From contig JAJDCL010000013.1 in NCBI GenBank assembly GCA_029260875.1, positions 7,985 through 71,984 of the forward strand: 64,000 bases of DNA, read 5' to 3'. The notes under the pieces were generated by a model. It had not been told where the DNA came from. It made no database searches and worked only from the letters and a program-made list of their open reading frames with translations. A program made the translations under genes and the position numbers. Position 1 is the first letter of the stretch, and every line of letters begins with the position of its first letter. Source of the stretch: Candidatus Saccharimonadota bacterium (lineage in GTDB: Bacteria > Patescibacteriota > Saccharimonadia > Saccharimonadales > OFTM59). Below, in pieces: positions 46,262-57,025 of this stretch.

Positions 46262-47032
46262 TTAGTAGGTTACTACCGCGACAAGATCGTGGTCCATGCG
46301 ATAAGTCCCGGCTGCTGTAACGTTGTTGATATTCGCAATATAAGAGATTGTATAGTCTGTACGACCGACCGCCTGCCTGCCCACTGTAGCCTGAGAGCGG
46401 GCAATGGTATCGCCCACTCCGTAAGCGTACTGATTGGAGTCGTCATAGTCACGCGCTCCACCGGGGCCATCACCAAAAGCTTGCCCATCGGCATAGCTAT
46501 CACTAGGCACATTAACCCGATCAGCGCCAAAAGTTATCGGCGAAGTGTTAGCAACTAAATTGATGCCAAATTCCTCTGTCCCAGGCATAGAAACGTCTGT
46601 GGTTGATTTAGCATTTAACACAGCTCCGCTTTCGCTTGTTGGTGGCTGGCTCATGGTCTTTACTAAGTAGGTGCTTGATAAGTACGTGCGAATCCAAAAC
46701 ACACCAACGCCAGTTCCGGTTGATGAGCTACTCAATGAACCTAGATCAACTACAGTGTTATTGACGAACATTTCTAGATAGGGTGCATTAGGCGTATAAA
46801 AACCCGCTTCAACATCGTAGTTCGTGCTAGACGAAAGCCCTACACCAAGACTACCAAGAGCTGCCTGAGCATTATAGCTACCGGAGTTTAGGTTCACTTC
46901 GCCACCACTGCCAAAGTATGCCTCTTCAACTCTATAGCTACTTGAGGAAGACTGTGCGATGGCACCGACAGGCATTAAAAGACTAATCATCAAAAGCAAA
47001 GCTATAGTTCTTGCGTGTTTTGCATAATTCAT
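46262..47032 (-). CDS. surface-locus secreted beta-rich protein, paralogue C (256 aa)
   Basis: Signal peptide ..PVGAIA/QSS. Three N-terminal S-x-x-Y repeats (SSSYRVEEAYFGSGG / SGSYNAQAALGSLG / STNYDVEAGF). GTEEFGINL core. Ends ..GTYRMDHDLVAVVTY. Confidence 0.8.
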   Translation of the reverse strand: MNYAKHARTIALLLMISLLMPVGAIAQSSSSSYRVEEAYFGSGGEVNLNSGSYNAQAALGSLGVGLSSSTNYDVEAGFYTPNAPYLEMFVNNTVVDLGSLSSSSTGTGVGVFWIRTYLSSTYLVKTMSQPPTSESGAVLNAKSTTDVSMPGTEEFGINLVANTSPITFGADRVNVPSDSYADGQAFGDGPGGARDYDDSNQYAYGVGDTIARSQATVGRQAVGRTDYTISYIANINNVTAAGTYRMDHDLVAVVTY

Positions 47033-47127
47033 CCTGCCTTAGATTATTTCCCAACTTGGCGCTTTGTGCAATCTGTTTATGTTTTTTGGTTGTCAATGTA
47101 TTATGGGGTAAGTAGTAAAGAGCAAAT

Positions 47128-48114
47128 ATGGAAACAGCACCAGCAGACAAAGATATAAATTCTCTTGAGGATAGCAGCACAGGCTCAGACCAACCTTTTA
47201 ACACAGTGCGTACTGATGGTGTCCAGCAGGATAACAAGCAGGCCAGCAATAAGCCGAAGAGCGAGAAAATTAATCAGCGCGTGCAAAGACTTATCACACG
47301 AGTTAATATATATTTCCTATTATTCATCTTTGTGGTTGTACTAGCCGGAGCCGTTGTATTTATAAGTTTGCAGCAGAACAAAAAACAGGTCAATGAGGAC
47401 AACCTTACAGCTACCCGATTGACCGCGGAAGAGCTACAAGAGCTGGGCAACAGCGATGCAAAAGTTGGCGACCCTAAACAAACCCTAACTATTGAGTCTA
47501 ATGCAATTTTCAGTGGCCAAGCCTTAATCAGAGGCGATCTCGATGTGGCGGGCGAGATTAAGGTGGGGTCTAATTTAAATTTGCCAGGGCTAAATGTTTC
47601 TGGTGCAAGCACTTTAGGTCAAATATCAGCTAATGATCTGACGGTGGCCAATAACGCTTCCATTCAAGGTCAGCTGAATGTCCAACGAGCGCTATCGGTA
47701 GCCGGGAGCGCTGTTTTTGGTGGTCCCGTGACCGCACCACAGATCACCGTCAGCACCCTTCAAGTCAACGATGACCTCCAGCTCAACCGCCATATTGATG
47801 CAGGCGGGCAGACGCCAAGCAGGACAAATGGTAGCGCACTTGGCTCAGGTGGCACTAGTTCCATAAGCGGAACAGATACGGCGGGGACGCTGAGCGTCAA
47901 TACTGGTGGTAGCCCGCCAGCAGGTTGCTTCGCTACTATTACTTTCACTCAGGCGTTCAGGGATACACCTCATGTGGTGGTTACGCCTATTGGCTCTGCT
48001 GGTGGTACGGTGAGTTATTACGTGAACCGCTCCAGTACTAATTTTAGTATTTGCACATCAACCCCTCCGCCCGCCGGTGTCTCTTTTGCTTTTGACTACA
48101 TAGTAATAGATTAG
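47128..48114 (+). CDS. N-terminally anchored beta-helix-like repeat protein with compact C-terminal beta domain
   Basis: TM IYFLLFIFVVVLAGAVVFISL. Repeats ..GDLDVAGEIKVGSNLNLPGLNVSGASTLGQISANDLTVANNASIQGQLNVQ... C-terminus ..CFATITFTQAFRDTPHVVVTPIG...FSICTS.. Transcribed divergently from the surface locus. Confidence 0.75.
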   Translation: METAPADKDINSLEDSSTGSDQPFNTVRTDGVQQDNKQASNKPKSEKINQRVQRLITRVNIYFLLFIFVVVLAGAVVFISLQQNKKQVNEDNLTATRLTAEELQELGNSDAKVGDPKQTLTIESNAIFSGQALIRGDLDVAGEIKVGSNLNLPGLNVSGASTLGQISANDLTVANNASIQGQLNVQRALSVAGSAVFGGPVTAPQITVSTLQVNDDLQLNRHIDAGGQTPSRTNGSALGSGGTSSISGTDTAGTLSVNTGGSPPAGCFATITFTQAFRDTPHVVVTPIGSAGGTVSYYVNRSSTNFSICTSTPPPAGVSFAFDYIVID

Positions 48115-48137
48115 TTTAAAAACAGGCTAGCGACACA

Positions 48138-48445
48138 CTATACGTCCAGAAAAACTATGACTCTGTCCTTTTTGACATGCATAATACCCCGGTTAATGGT
48201 GATTTTTTCATCACCCTTATCAGTGCGGACGATAATGTCGCACTCACTTAATAAAGTCATAAAGTTATGGTGCCGTGGCAAAATATCAAAAGGTCCTGTC
48301 TCATTTAAGGCAGAAATACTTTGCGCTTCACCATCGTAATAGGTCTTAAACGGCGCATAGACTTTTACGTGCATGCGATCTTTGCCACCCCTTAGATCGC
48401 TTGATCTTGGAGTAGCCGGTGGCACGCTCTTTGTTGATTCAAGCA

Positions 48446-48446
<1 letters not shown>
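48138..48446 (-). CDS. atpC: F-type ATP synthase subunit epsilon (beta-sandwich domain only)
   Basis: ..VKVYAPFKTYYDGEAQSISALNETGPFDILPRHHNFMTLL..C.IIVR... TAATG overlap with atpD. No C-terminal helical hairpin. Confidence 0.8.
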
Positions 48447-50612
<2,166 letters not shown>

Positions 50613-50616
<4 letters not shown>

Positions 50617-52127
50617 TTCTCTGCCTCAATCTTGCCTTGGTGAGGTTGCTTTTCTTTTACATCTATAGTTGAGGGGTCTTGCTTAGCATGCTCTGTTGCA
50701 CCCCTTAATACGATGATGCAGTTTTCTTTCAGATCATCACGGACCTTCTCATAATCTTTATCATCTTTTATTTTTTGGGCCGCTTCCCTGGCTTGATTTT
50801 TGAGCTTTGGCACATCCAGCACACTATCTTTTTCAATGTTTAGGATAATATCGAGCATAAGTTGCTGCTCTATAAGAGAATATGTTTCTGATGGACTTTG
50901 GGTAAGTAGCTCAAAAATGCGCTTGCCTGCATCAAGGGTGTGTCGGGATTCAATGGCCAGCTCTGATCCAAAATGTGAGAATTCCTCTGCCTGACGGTAG
51001 TCAGCTAAAAGTTTTAGGGTTTGAGCGGCTATGGATTTTTGTCTTTTGGTGTGCCCCGAGCCTCCGACGCGCGTTACGGACAAGCCCATGCTAAGCGCTG
51101 GCCGGATACCATTCCGAAAAGTATCCATATCTAAGATCCACTGCCCGTCGGTTATAGACATTATATTGGTCGGCAGGTACGCTGTAATGTCGCCCCCGAC
51201 AGCATTGACCAGCGGTATGCTTGTAAGATGTTTGCCGTTTTTTTCTAAACGGCCGGCACGTTCAAGTAGTGATGAGTGAGCGTAGAACATGTCCCCCGGG
51301 TACGAATCACGCCCAGGACTTACACCTGACAGCAGGGCAACCTCACGATACGTATGGGCGTGGCTAGTTAAATCATCATAAATGATTATGGTATCTTGGT
51401 CTTGTTCCTGCCACAGATACTCTGCCATAGCACACGCCACGTAGGGGGCTAGGTAGCTTACCATTAGTGATTCAAACATAGTAGAAACAACTACTATGGC
51501 TTTGTCTAGCCCTCCGCTTTCTTCTAAGCGGCTCAGCAACATGTCCACGTCACTGCGTCGCTTGGCTATTAAGGCATAAACTACTATTTGATCGGTATTC
51601 TTTTGATTAATGGTCAGCTGGGTTACAAGCGTACTTTTACCAGATTTGCTATCCCCTAGCAAAGCCATGCGTTGACCCCGGACTATCGGAAATAACGCGT
51701 CTATCGCAAGCACGCCACTTTCTAGTTGGGTATCAAGCAGTTTGCGCTGATACAGTGGTGGCGCCGTGTTAAACACAGGCCATGTTGTATCGGCAGCTAT
51801 GGGACCCTTGCCATCAAGTGGTTCGCCGGTTACAGACACGACACGCCCTATGAAATCCTTGCCCACCTTACATACCAGCTCCTGATGTTGCACGACTGCT
51901 ACAATACCAACAGAAACGGGGACGGTACCTAGGTGCAAAACCACCACATGGTCGCTCAGCACCTGGTGAACAAAACCCTTGCTGCCGTCTTCAAACATAA
52001 TAAGCGCGTGTATGGCGCACGGCTGCAGGCCCTGTACCCTGACCAAAAATTTATCGACCGCTATTACTTCTCCTACTGGGTGCCCGGTTTCTACCAATCG
52101 GTCAAAGTGTTGATTGCCTGAACTCAT
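50613..52127 (-). CDS. atpA: F-type ATP synthase subunit alpha
   Basis: Walker A variant [10 protein letters not shown], ..IYDDLTSHA.., ..[15 protein letters not shown]... Confidence 0.93.
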
Positions 52128-52816
52128 TGCTCGACCTTTCTCTGTGATGGCTCTGTAGAGATTATTGGCACAACGGGCTGCGCGGATAGCGGGGTGGTTA
52201 TTGGCTTATCGCTAATTTCCGGCTGCAAGGCTCTCGTAGCTACAGCCTGGGTAGGCACGGGGGTGCGATCTTTGAGTGTGGCCAGCTTGTCTATTAGTAT
52301 GTTCTTCCCCTCAGAAAATCTCTGGCGCAGACTGAAATCAAACTGCTTATTTGTGGTTCTTACTATGCAGCCCGCACCGATTGTCGGCTGCAACCCAACT
52401 TGTAGTAAAACTAAATGACTAATGTTATCCCTGAGCCAAGCGATCAGTTTCTGTAAAAATAACGGCGACGGATCGGAACTAAAGCTTATATGTATTACTG
52501 GCGCATTGGTCCTGACTTTTTCAAGAAAATCACACATCTCACGCCTGTCGCTTTTAAGCAGTCCATCGAGTTTATTTTGCTGCAGCATCTCATCTAGCAA
52601 TCGGCTAGTTTTAGGCAGTTTGGGCTTTTTGTCTGGCTCACGCAAGACTGCTGCCTCTAAAAAATTATTCAGCGCATCAAGCTCACGAAGAAGCCGAGCG
52701 ACATCCATGCGCCCGACTATACTTAGCGGCAGCTGCAGATTTGGTCGTGTTTGCGTTTGTTCGTGCATAACAACCCCCTTACGCCTCGCGCCTGTTAAGT
52801 GCGCGTGTAAAAACAA
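52124..52816 (-). CDS. atpH: F-type ATP synthase subunit delta (OSCP-like) with extensions
   Basis: ..[58 protein letters not shown].. follows the delta C-terminal pattern. Operon position fits. Confidence 0.7.
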   Translation of the reverse strand: MFLHAHLTGARRKGVVMHEQTQTRPNLQLPLSIVGRMDVARLLRELDALNNFLEAAVLREPDKKPKLPKTSRLLDEMLQQNKLDGLLKSDRREMCDFLEKVRTNAPVIHISFSSDPSPLFLQKLIAWLRDNISHLVLLQVGLQPTIGAGCIVRTTNKQFDFSLRQRFSEGKNILIDKLATLKDRTPVPTQAVATRALQPEISDKPITTPLSAQPVVPIISTEPSQRKVEQ

Positions 52817-52833
52817 AGGACCGATTCATAACC

Positions 52834-53463
52834 TTAAACCCCGCCTGATATATCCGCAATAATCGCATCTTTGTTGGCCTTAAGGTCATTTAGAATAAAT
52901 TCCAGCTGATCGTTCATATCAATCTGGTCGCCTATAGCTGCTAGGACGTAATGATTAATAATATCTGCCATATTGTCCTCAAACCGCTTGATCAACAGCG
53001 CCCGTTCCTTGTCAGCTTCAAGCTTTATCTGCTGAATCATGACTTGGCGCTGTTGCTCTATTGCTTCTTGTGTTTTAGATATGGAGTCAATCGCAAGCTG
53101 TTTGGCGTCTGTTATAGATTCTTCATACTTGGCAAATTCTTCCTGCAGGGTTCGGGTAATCTCTGCTTTCATATATTCATTAAGCTGAGATGTAGTTAGC
53201 CTGAGGTCTTGCTGCAAAAACATTGCGTTTTCACCAATAATTTTCTCAAAGTGCAGTCGGCCACGGTTTCTCAGCTCCTCACGAAACTCGTTATTGAAAA
53301 TGTGCTCAACATCCTCCTCAGCCCGGTCTGTCATGACGTCCTTGGCGTTTTTGTGTTTACTCTTTTTACGTCCAGTACCGCTTAGACGCGATACTACCCA
53401 CAAAAATGCTAGCGTTGTTGACGCCAAGCTTCCGAGTATTAGTGCGAGTGCCCAACTATTCAC
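52834..53463 (-). CDS. atpF: F-type ATP synthase subunit b-like (one TM plus long coiled coil)
   Basis: N-terminal TM ALALILGSLASTTLAFLWVV, then about 170 aa of charged heptad-like sequence. Position upstream of delta. Assigned by architecture only. Confidence 0.6.
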   Translation of the reverse strand: MNSWALALILGSLASTTLAFLWVVSRLSGTGRKKSKHKNAKDVMTDRAEEDVEHIFNNEFREELRNRGRLHFEKIIGENAMFLQQDLRLTTSQLNEYMKAEITRTLQEEFAKYEESITDAKQLAIDSISKTQEAIEQQRQVMIQQIKLEADKERALLIKRFEDNMADIINHYVLAAIGDQIDMNDQLEFILNDLKANKDAIIADISGGV

Positions 53464-53486
53464 CTAGGTGCCCACCTTGTAAAAAT

Positions 53487-54311
53487 TTATAGCTTTAATA
53501 GTAAATATACCCCAAATATGCCACTTACGAAAATAGTTAACCCAACAATCACTATTTGCAACATGCCCTGGATGATTGACTTTTTGCTTAACGGATTGCG
53601 TCCAACAGATGTAATCCCTGCCTTTACGCCTCCAAATAGTAGGCTGGCCGCAATAGCTGTGCTAATAAAAAAGATCGCCAAGCCCAAGTAAATTCGCGGA
53701 GCCTCAACTGGCTTACCGGCTATATCTTGAGCTGCACGAATCAAAAAATCTGGTAAGTTAGAAACAGATTTTTGTATTGGGTTACGGGCCACTTGTATAT
53801 CTGCTTGTATACGACCTACAGTAATCGTCCTATCCCCTACTTGCTTTGAACTTACCACACTGTTTTGTCCGTCAAAAAACTCTAGGGCCTTGCCAATAAC
53901 AAACGGCAGCTTATCATCTACGCGCATACCTATCCCGTCCAAAGCGGAGACCGATATGTAATCGCCTGGCCTGACAGGACCGTTCTGGTTGCTCACAAGC
54001 ACGTCGTACCGGCCTGATGTTGCAACAAAAACCTTCTGACCTTCTGCTGACAAAGTTACGGGCGCGTCATTAGCGTCTACGACTACACCGTGCAACCGAC
54101 TGGAGTCGTCCGCCCCCGCCGCCTCAACCTTGGTCGTGCTTGACTCGCTAATTCGTACAAGCATCCCGCGCTGTAAGCTGTTCTCCGCGCTATAGCCCTG
54201 TGTTACTGCTTGAGCCCGCAAGATCCCAGTCGCGCTAGCCATAATCAAGAACACTAACGCAGTCAGCGCTAGCAGCCGATACATAGGAAAAAGTTGTTTG
54301 ATTTTTGTCAT
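53487..54311 (-). CDS. secreted-domain protein with C-terminal c-subunit-like helical hairpin (no carboxylate)
   Basis: Signal/TM, a roughly 190-aa external domain, then ..LAIFFISTAIAASLLFGGVKAGITSVGRNPLSKKSIIQGMLQIVIVGLTIFVSGIFGVYLLLKL. The loop KAGITSVGRNP resembles c-subunit KA.EGIARQPE, but helix 2 has no Glu or Asp. Confidence 0.75.
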   Translation of the reverse strand: MTKIKQLFPMYRLLALTALVFLIMASATGILRAQAVTQGYSAENSLQRGMLVRISESSTTKVEAAGADDSSRLHGVVVDANDAPVTLSAEGQKVFVATSGRYDVLVSNQNGPVRPGDYISVSALDGIGMRVDDKLPFVIGKALEFFDGQNSVVSSKQVGDRTITVGRIQADIQVARNPIQKSVSNLPDFLIRAAQDIAGKPVEAPRIYLGLAIFFISTAIAASLLFGGVKAGITSVGRNPLSKKSIIQGMLQIVIVGLTIFVSGIFGVYLLLKL

Positions 54312-54356
54312 TATGGTTTTGTTTGATTAAACCATAATCATTATAGCCCTGTCTGT

Positions 54357-55502
54357 TTAGCTAATCAATTTTGCTAGCTCTCTGGTGAGATTTTGAATAT
54401 CAGAGACGGTCGTATTCCGCCCAAACGTAAAACGCAGAGAGGACCTAGCTGCTTCTTCGCTGAGCCCCACTGCTGACAGTACGTGCGAGGGCTTTTCGCT
54501 GCTTGCACTACAAGCCGAGCCTACAGCACATTGAATACCCGCTTCATCAAGCCTCATCATCAGCTGCTCGTTGTCCTGCTCGGCAAAAGTTACATGCACG
54601 TTATTCGGTAGTCGCCATTTAAGCGACCCGTTAATAATGGTGCCCGGAAATTTTTCAGACAGCAATGCAATAAATTCATCTCGTAGTTCTTGCGTGCGCC
54701 ACGACTCCTCTGGGCGTATAGTCTGGGCCTTATTAAGCGCAACGCTTAGGCCGATAATACCCATAACGTTCTCGGTGCCACTGCGCCGACCGTTTTCTTG
54801 CCCACCACCAACTATCAAGGGCATTAAAGAAACCCCCGCCTTAACAAATAAGGCGCCGCTCTGTTTTGGTCCGTATATTTTGCCACCGTTCAATGTCATC
54901 ATGTCAACGCCGAGCCGTGAGACGTGCAAGTCCAGATAATTTCCCGCCTGTGCTGCATCCGTGTGAAAATATAAAGGCAGTTTTATGCCCCGTTTTTGGC
55001 GGTCCTTCTTAATTTCTTCTAATACTTTTGCGATCCGACGCAGGGGCTCTATCGTACCTATCTCGTTGTTGGCGTACATAATACTTACTAAAACCGTTTT
55101 ATCATCAATAGCTCTTGCCAGTGATGTAAAGTCAATTCTCCCGTCCGGCTGGACCGCGACAACACGGTTATCGTAGCGCTTTGCAGGTTTTAAAATTGAA
55201 TCATGTTCTATAGCACTGATTACGAGATTCGCCTCGGGGTAATTTTCCATAATACCGGCAATGGCTAAGTTATTAGCTTCAGTTCCGCCAGCTGTAAATA
55301 TAATTTCACTAGGACGGGCACCCAGCCAATAAGCTATCCGTGCTCTTGCTTTTTCCAGATCTTTAGACACGGCTTTAGCGGAAAGATACGAAGCTGATGG
55401 ATTATAAAATTGATCCATCCAGTACGGCTTCATAGCAGCAAGAACATCTTGGTCTAATGGCGTAGCTGCAGCATAGTCAAGGTATGTAGTCTTCCGGTTC
55501 AT
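54357..55502 (-). CDS. cysteine desulfurase (class V aminotransferase, NifS/IscS-like)
   Basis: ..YFHTDAAQAGN.., PLP-Lys block ..TLNGGKIYGPKQSGALF.., ..RSGTENV.., catalytic Cys ..GSACSASS... Confidence 0.9.
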   Translation of the reverse strand: MNRKTTYLDYAAATPLDQDVLAAMKPYWMDQFYNPSASYLSAKAVSKDLEKARARIAYWLGARPSEIIFTAGGTEANNLAIAGIMENYPEANLVISAIEHDSILKPAKRYDNRVVAVQPDGRIDFTSLARAIDDKTVLVSIMYANNEIGTIEPLRRIAKVLEEIKKDRQKRGIKLPLYFHTDAAQAGNYLDLHVSRLGVDMMTLNGGKIYGPKQSGALFVKAGVSLMPLIVGGGQENGRRSGTENVMGIIGLSVALNKAQTIRPEESWRTQELRDEFIALLSEKFPGTIINGSLKWRLPNNVHVTFAEQDNEQLMMRLDEAGIQCAVGSACSASSEKPSHVLSAVGLSEEAARSSLRFTFGRNTTVSDIQNLTRELAKLIS

Positions 55503-55521
55503 GCTGTTAGATTACTATAAG

Positions 55522-55890
55522 TTAAGCGATTGCAGCGTAAAGTTCAGATTTAACACGATCGCGGTAAAGCTGGGTCGCGTCAACTAATCGGTCCAATTCT
55601 TGGCCGGTAACTTTTTGATATTGTCCGTTTTGTGACTTCAAAATAACGTCAGGCCTCACATCATAGCGAGTAGTTTTGATTTGGCGTTGGCCGTTTTGGT
55701 CAATCCACTCTTCATGCCAGACCCATGTATGCTCGTCAAGACAGAAGAACTCACGGCGCCCGCCGGGACGAACAGGCCCAAACAGCTGCCCGCCTATCCT
55801 GGCCTCGTGCCTTAGTAGTTTGCGATAAAGGTCGGCTCGGCGTTCAGCCTGCTTTTGAGCTACAATATTATCAATTAGCTTGCGTAACAT
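55522..55890 (-). CDS. hypothetical protein (122 aa)
   Basis: Clean ORF. Its ATG overlaps the stop of the upstream 105-aa ORF by 1 nt. No motif recognised. Confidence 0.6.
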   Translation of the reverse strand: MLRKLIDNIVAQKQAERRADLYRKLLRHEARIGGQLFGPVRPGGRREFFCLDEHTWVWHEEWIDQNGQRQIKTTRYDVRPDVILKSQNGQYQKVTGQELDRLVDATQLYRDRVKSELYAAIA

Positions 55891-56207
55891 CAGCCCGCCA
55901 TCCTCAGTTCGTTACTCATATGATCCAGTGAATCGGCTGCCGACCGGGCCTCGTCGTTCGCACGATTCCGGTAATCAGTCAAGCTAGGGACATTCGCTCG
56001 GACCTCTTCAGGTACCGCTAGTGCAGGATCAGCTAATGGTCCTCCATGATTAGAAACTGCGGTCAAAGGTGTATTTGTGTGCTCTTGTTGCTGAACATGC
56101 TGAACATACCCTACGGCTACGTCTAGCAAACTAGGGCGTTCTCTAATCCCGTCAAAAACTCCAAGCTGTTGCTCAGGGGTTGGAAAGTTATAAATCTTAG
56201 CGCTCAT
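55890..56207 (-). CDS. hypothetical protein (105 aa)
   Basis: 4-nt overlap with the tatD stop. No motif recognised. Confidence 0.55.
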   Translation of the reverse strand: MSAKIYNFPTPEQQLGVFDGIRERPSLLDVAVGYVQHVQQQEHTNTPLTAVSNHGGPLADPALAVPEEVRANVPSLTDYRNRANDEARSAADSLDHMSNELRMAG

Positions 56208-57025
56208 GTTAGTTTAAATAGTTCCTTTGCATTCGTGGTCGTGACAGCGGCCAACTTGCTCAAGGGTTCCCCTCGGAGTCGGCTCAGAAATTCTGCGGTC
56301 ACTCTCACATGTTTTGGCTGACAGATTGTACCACGGTAAGGTGCTGGTGTCAAGAAGGGAGCGTCAGTTTCAAGAAGTAAATTGTTTAGCGGCACGGCTT
56401 TTGCCGCATCTAGGTGCCTATTATCTTTTGTAAACGTCATAATGCCGTTTAGCCCTACATACAGGCCACGTGAAAGGATTTGCTCAAGATCACTACGCAC
56501 ACTGCTAAAACTGTGCACAACTCCTTTAATCCCCCTATATTCGTCAAATATAGGCCAAAAATCTTCAAATGCCTCCCGAATATGAAAAATTAGTGGCAAA
56601 TCGTGCTCTTGTGCTAGCTCCAACTGAAAACGCAATAGTCTTTTCTGATCTGTTGGGGACGAATGGCTGTAATGAAAATCAAGCCCGCATTCACCAATAG
56701 CAACAACCTTATGTTTCTCTAACAAATTGCGAATCTTTTGCAATTTGTTAGGAGAGTTCACATAATCTTTTGCTTCGTGAGGATGAACCCCAACGCTAGC
56801 CCACGAATTTTGTCTAGTCTGCACAAAATTTACAGCTGTTTCGCTGTCTTCCAGGCTTGTCCCTACACAAATTAGGTTCTTCACGCCATACTCTAACCCC
56901 TCCCGGATCATAGTGTCGGTGTCCACCCCCGGGTCTTTTTGCCAGACAGCACTGATTGGGTTGTTGCCTAGCAGTCCAGCGTCAGCCTCGTGTATATGAC
57001 AATGCGTGTCGGTCAGCTCAAGCAT
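56204..57025 (-). CDS. tatD: TatD-family metal-dependent hydrolase/DNase
   Basis: MLELTDTHCHIHE.. (HxH), ..ECGLDFHY.., ..VHSFS.., ..ETDAPFLTP... The start is moved to the Met at 57025. The track start 57097 would overlap metG by 80 nt. Confidence 0.9.
   Translation of the reverse strand: MLELTDTHCHIHEADAGLLGNNPISAVWQKDPGVDTDTMIREGLEYGVKNLICVGTSLEDSETAVNFVQTRQNSWASVGVHPHEAKDYVNSPNKLQKIRNLLEKHKVVAIGECGLDFHYSHSSPTDQKRLLRFQLELAQEHDLPLIFHIREAFEDFWPIFDEYRGIKGVVHSFSSVRSDLEQILSRGLYVGLNGIMTFTKDNRHLDAAKAVPLNNLLLETDAPFLTPAPYRGTICQPKHVRVTAEFLSRLRGEPLSKLAAVTTTNAKELFKLT

Noticed and set aside
53487-54311. Calling this gene atpE (c subunit) or atpB (a subunit)
   Set aside because: It has only a C-terminal two-helix hairpin with no Glu or Asp in helix 2, and it has a large external domain. 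It is not a 5-6 TM a-type protein. It is reported as an unknown protein with c-like resemblance only.
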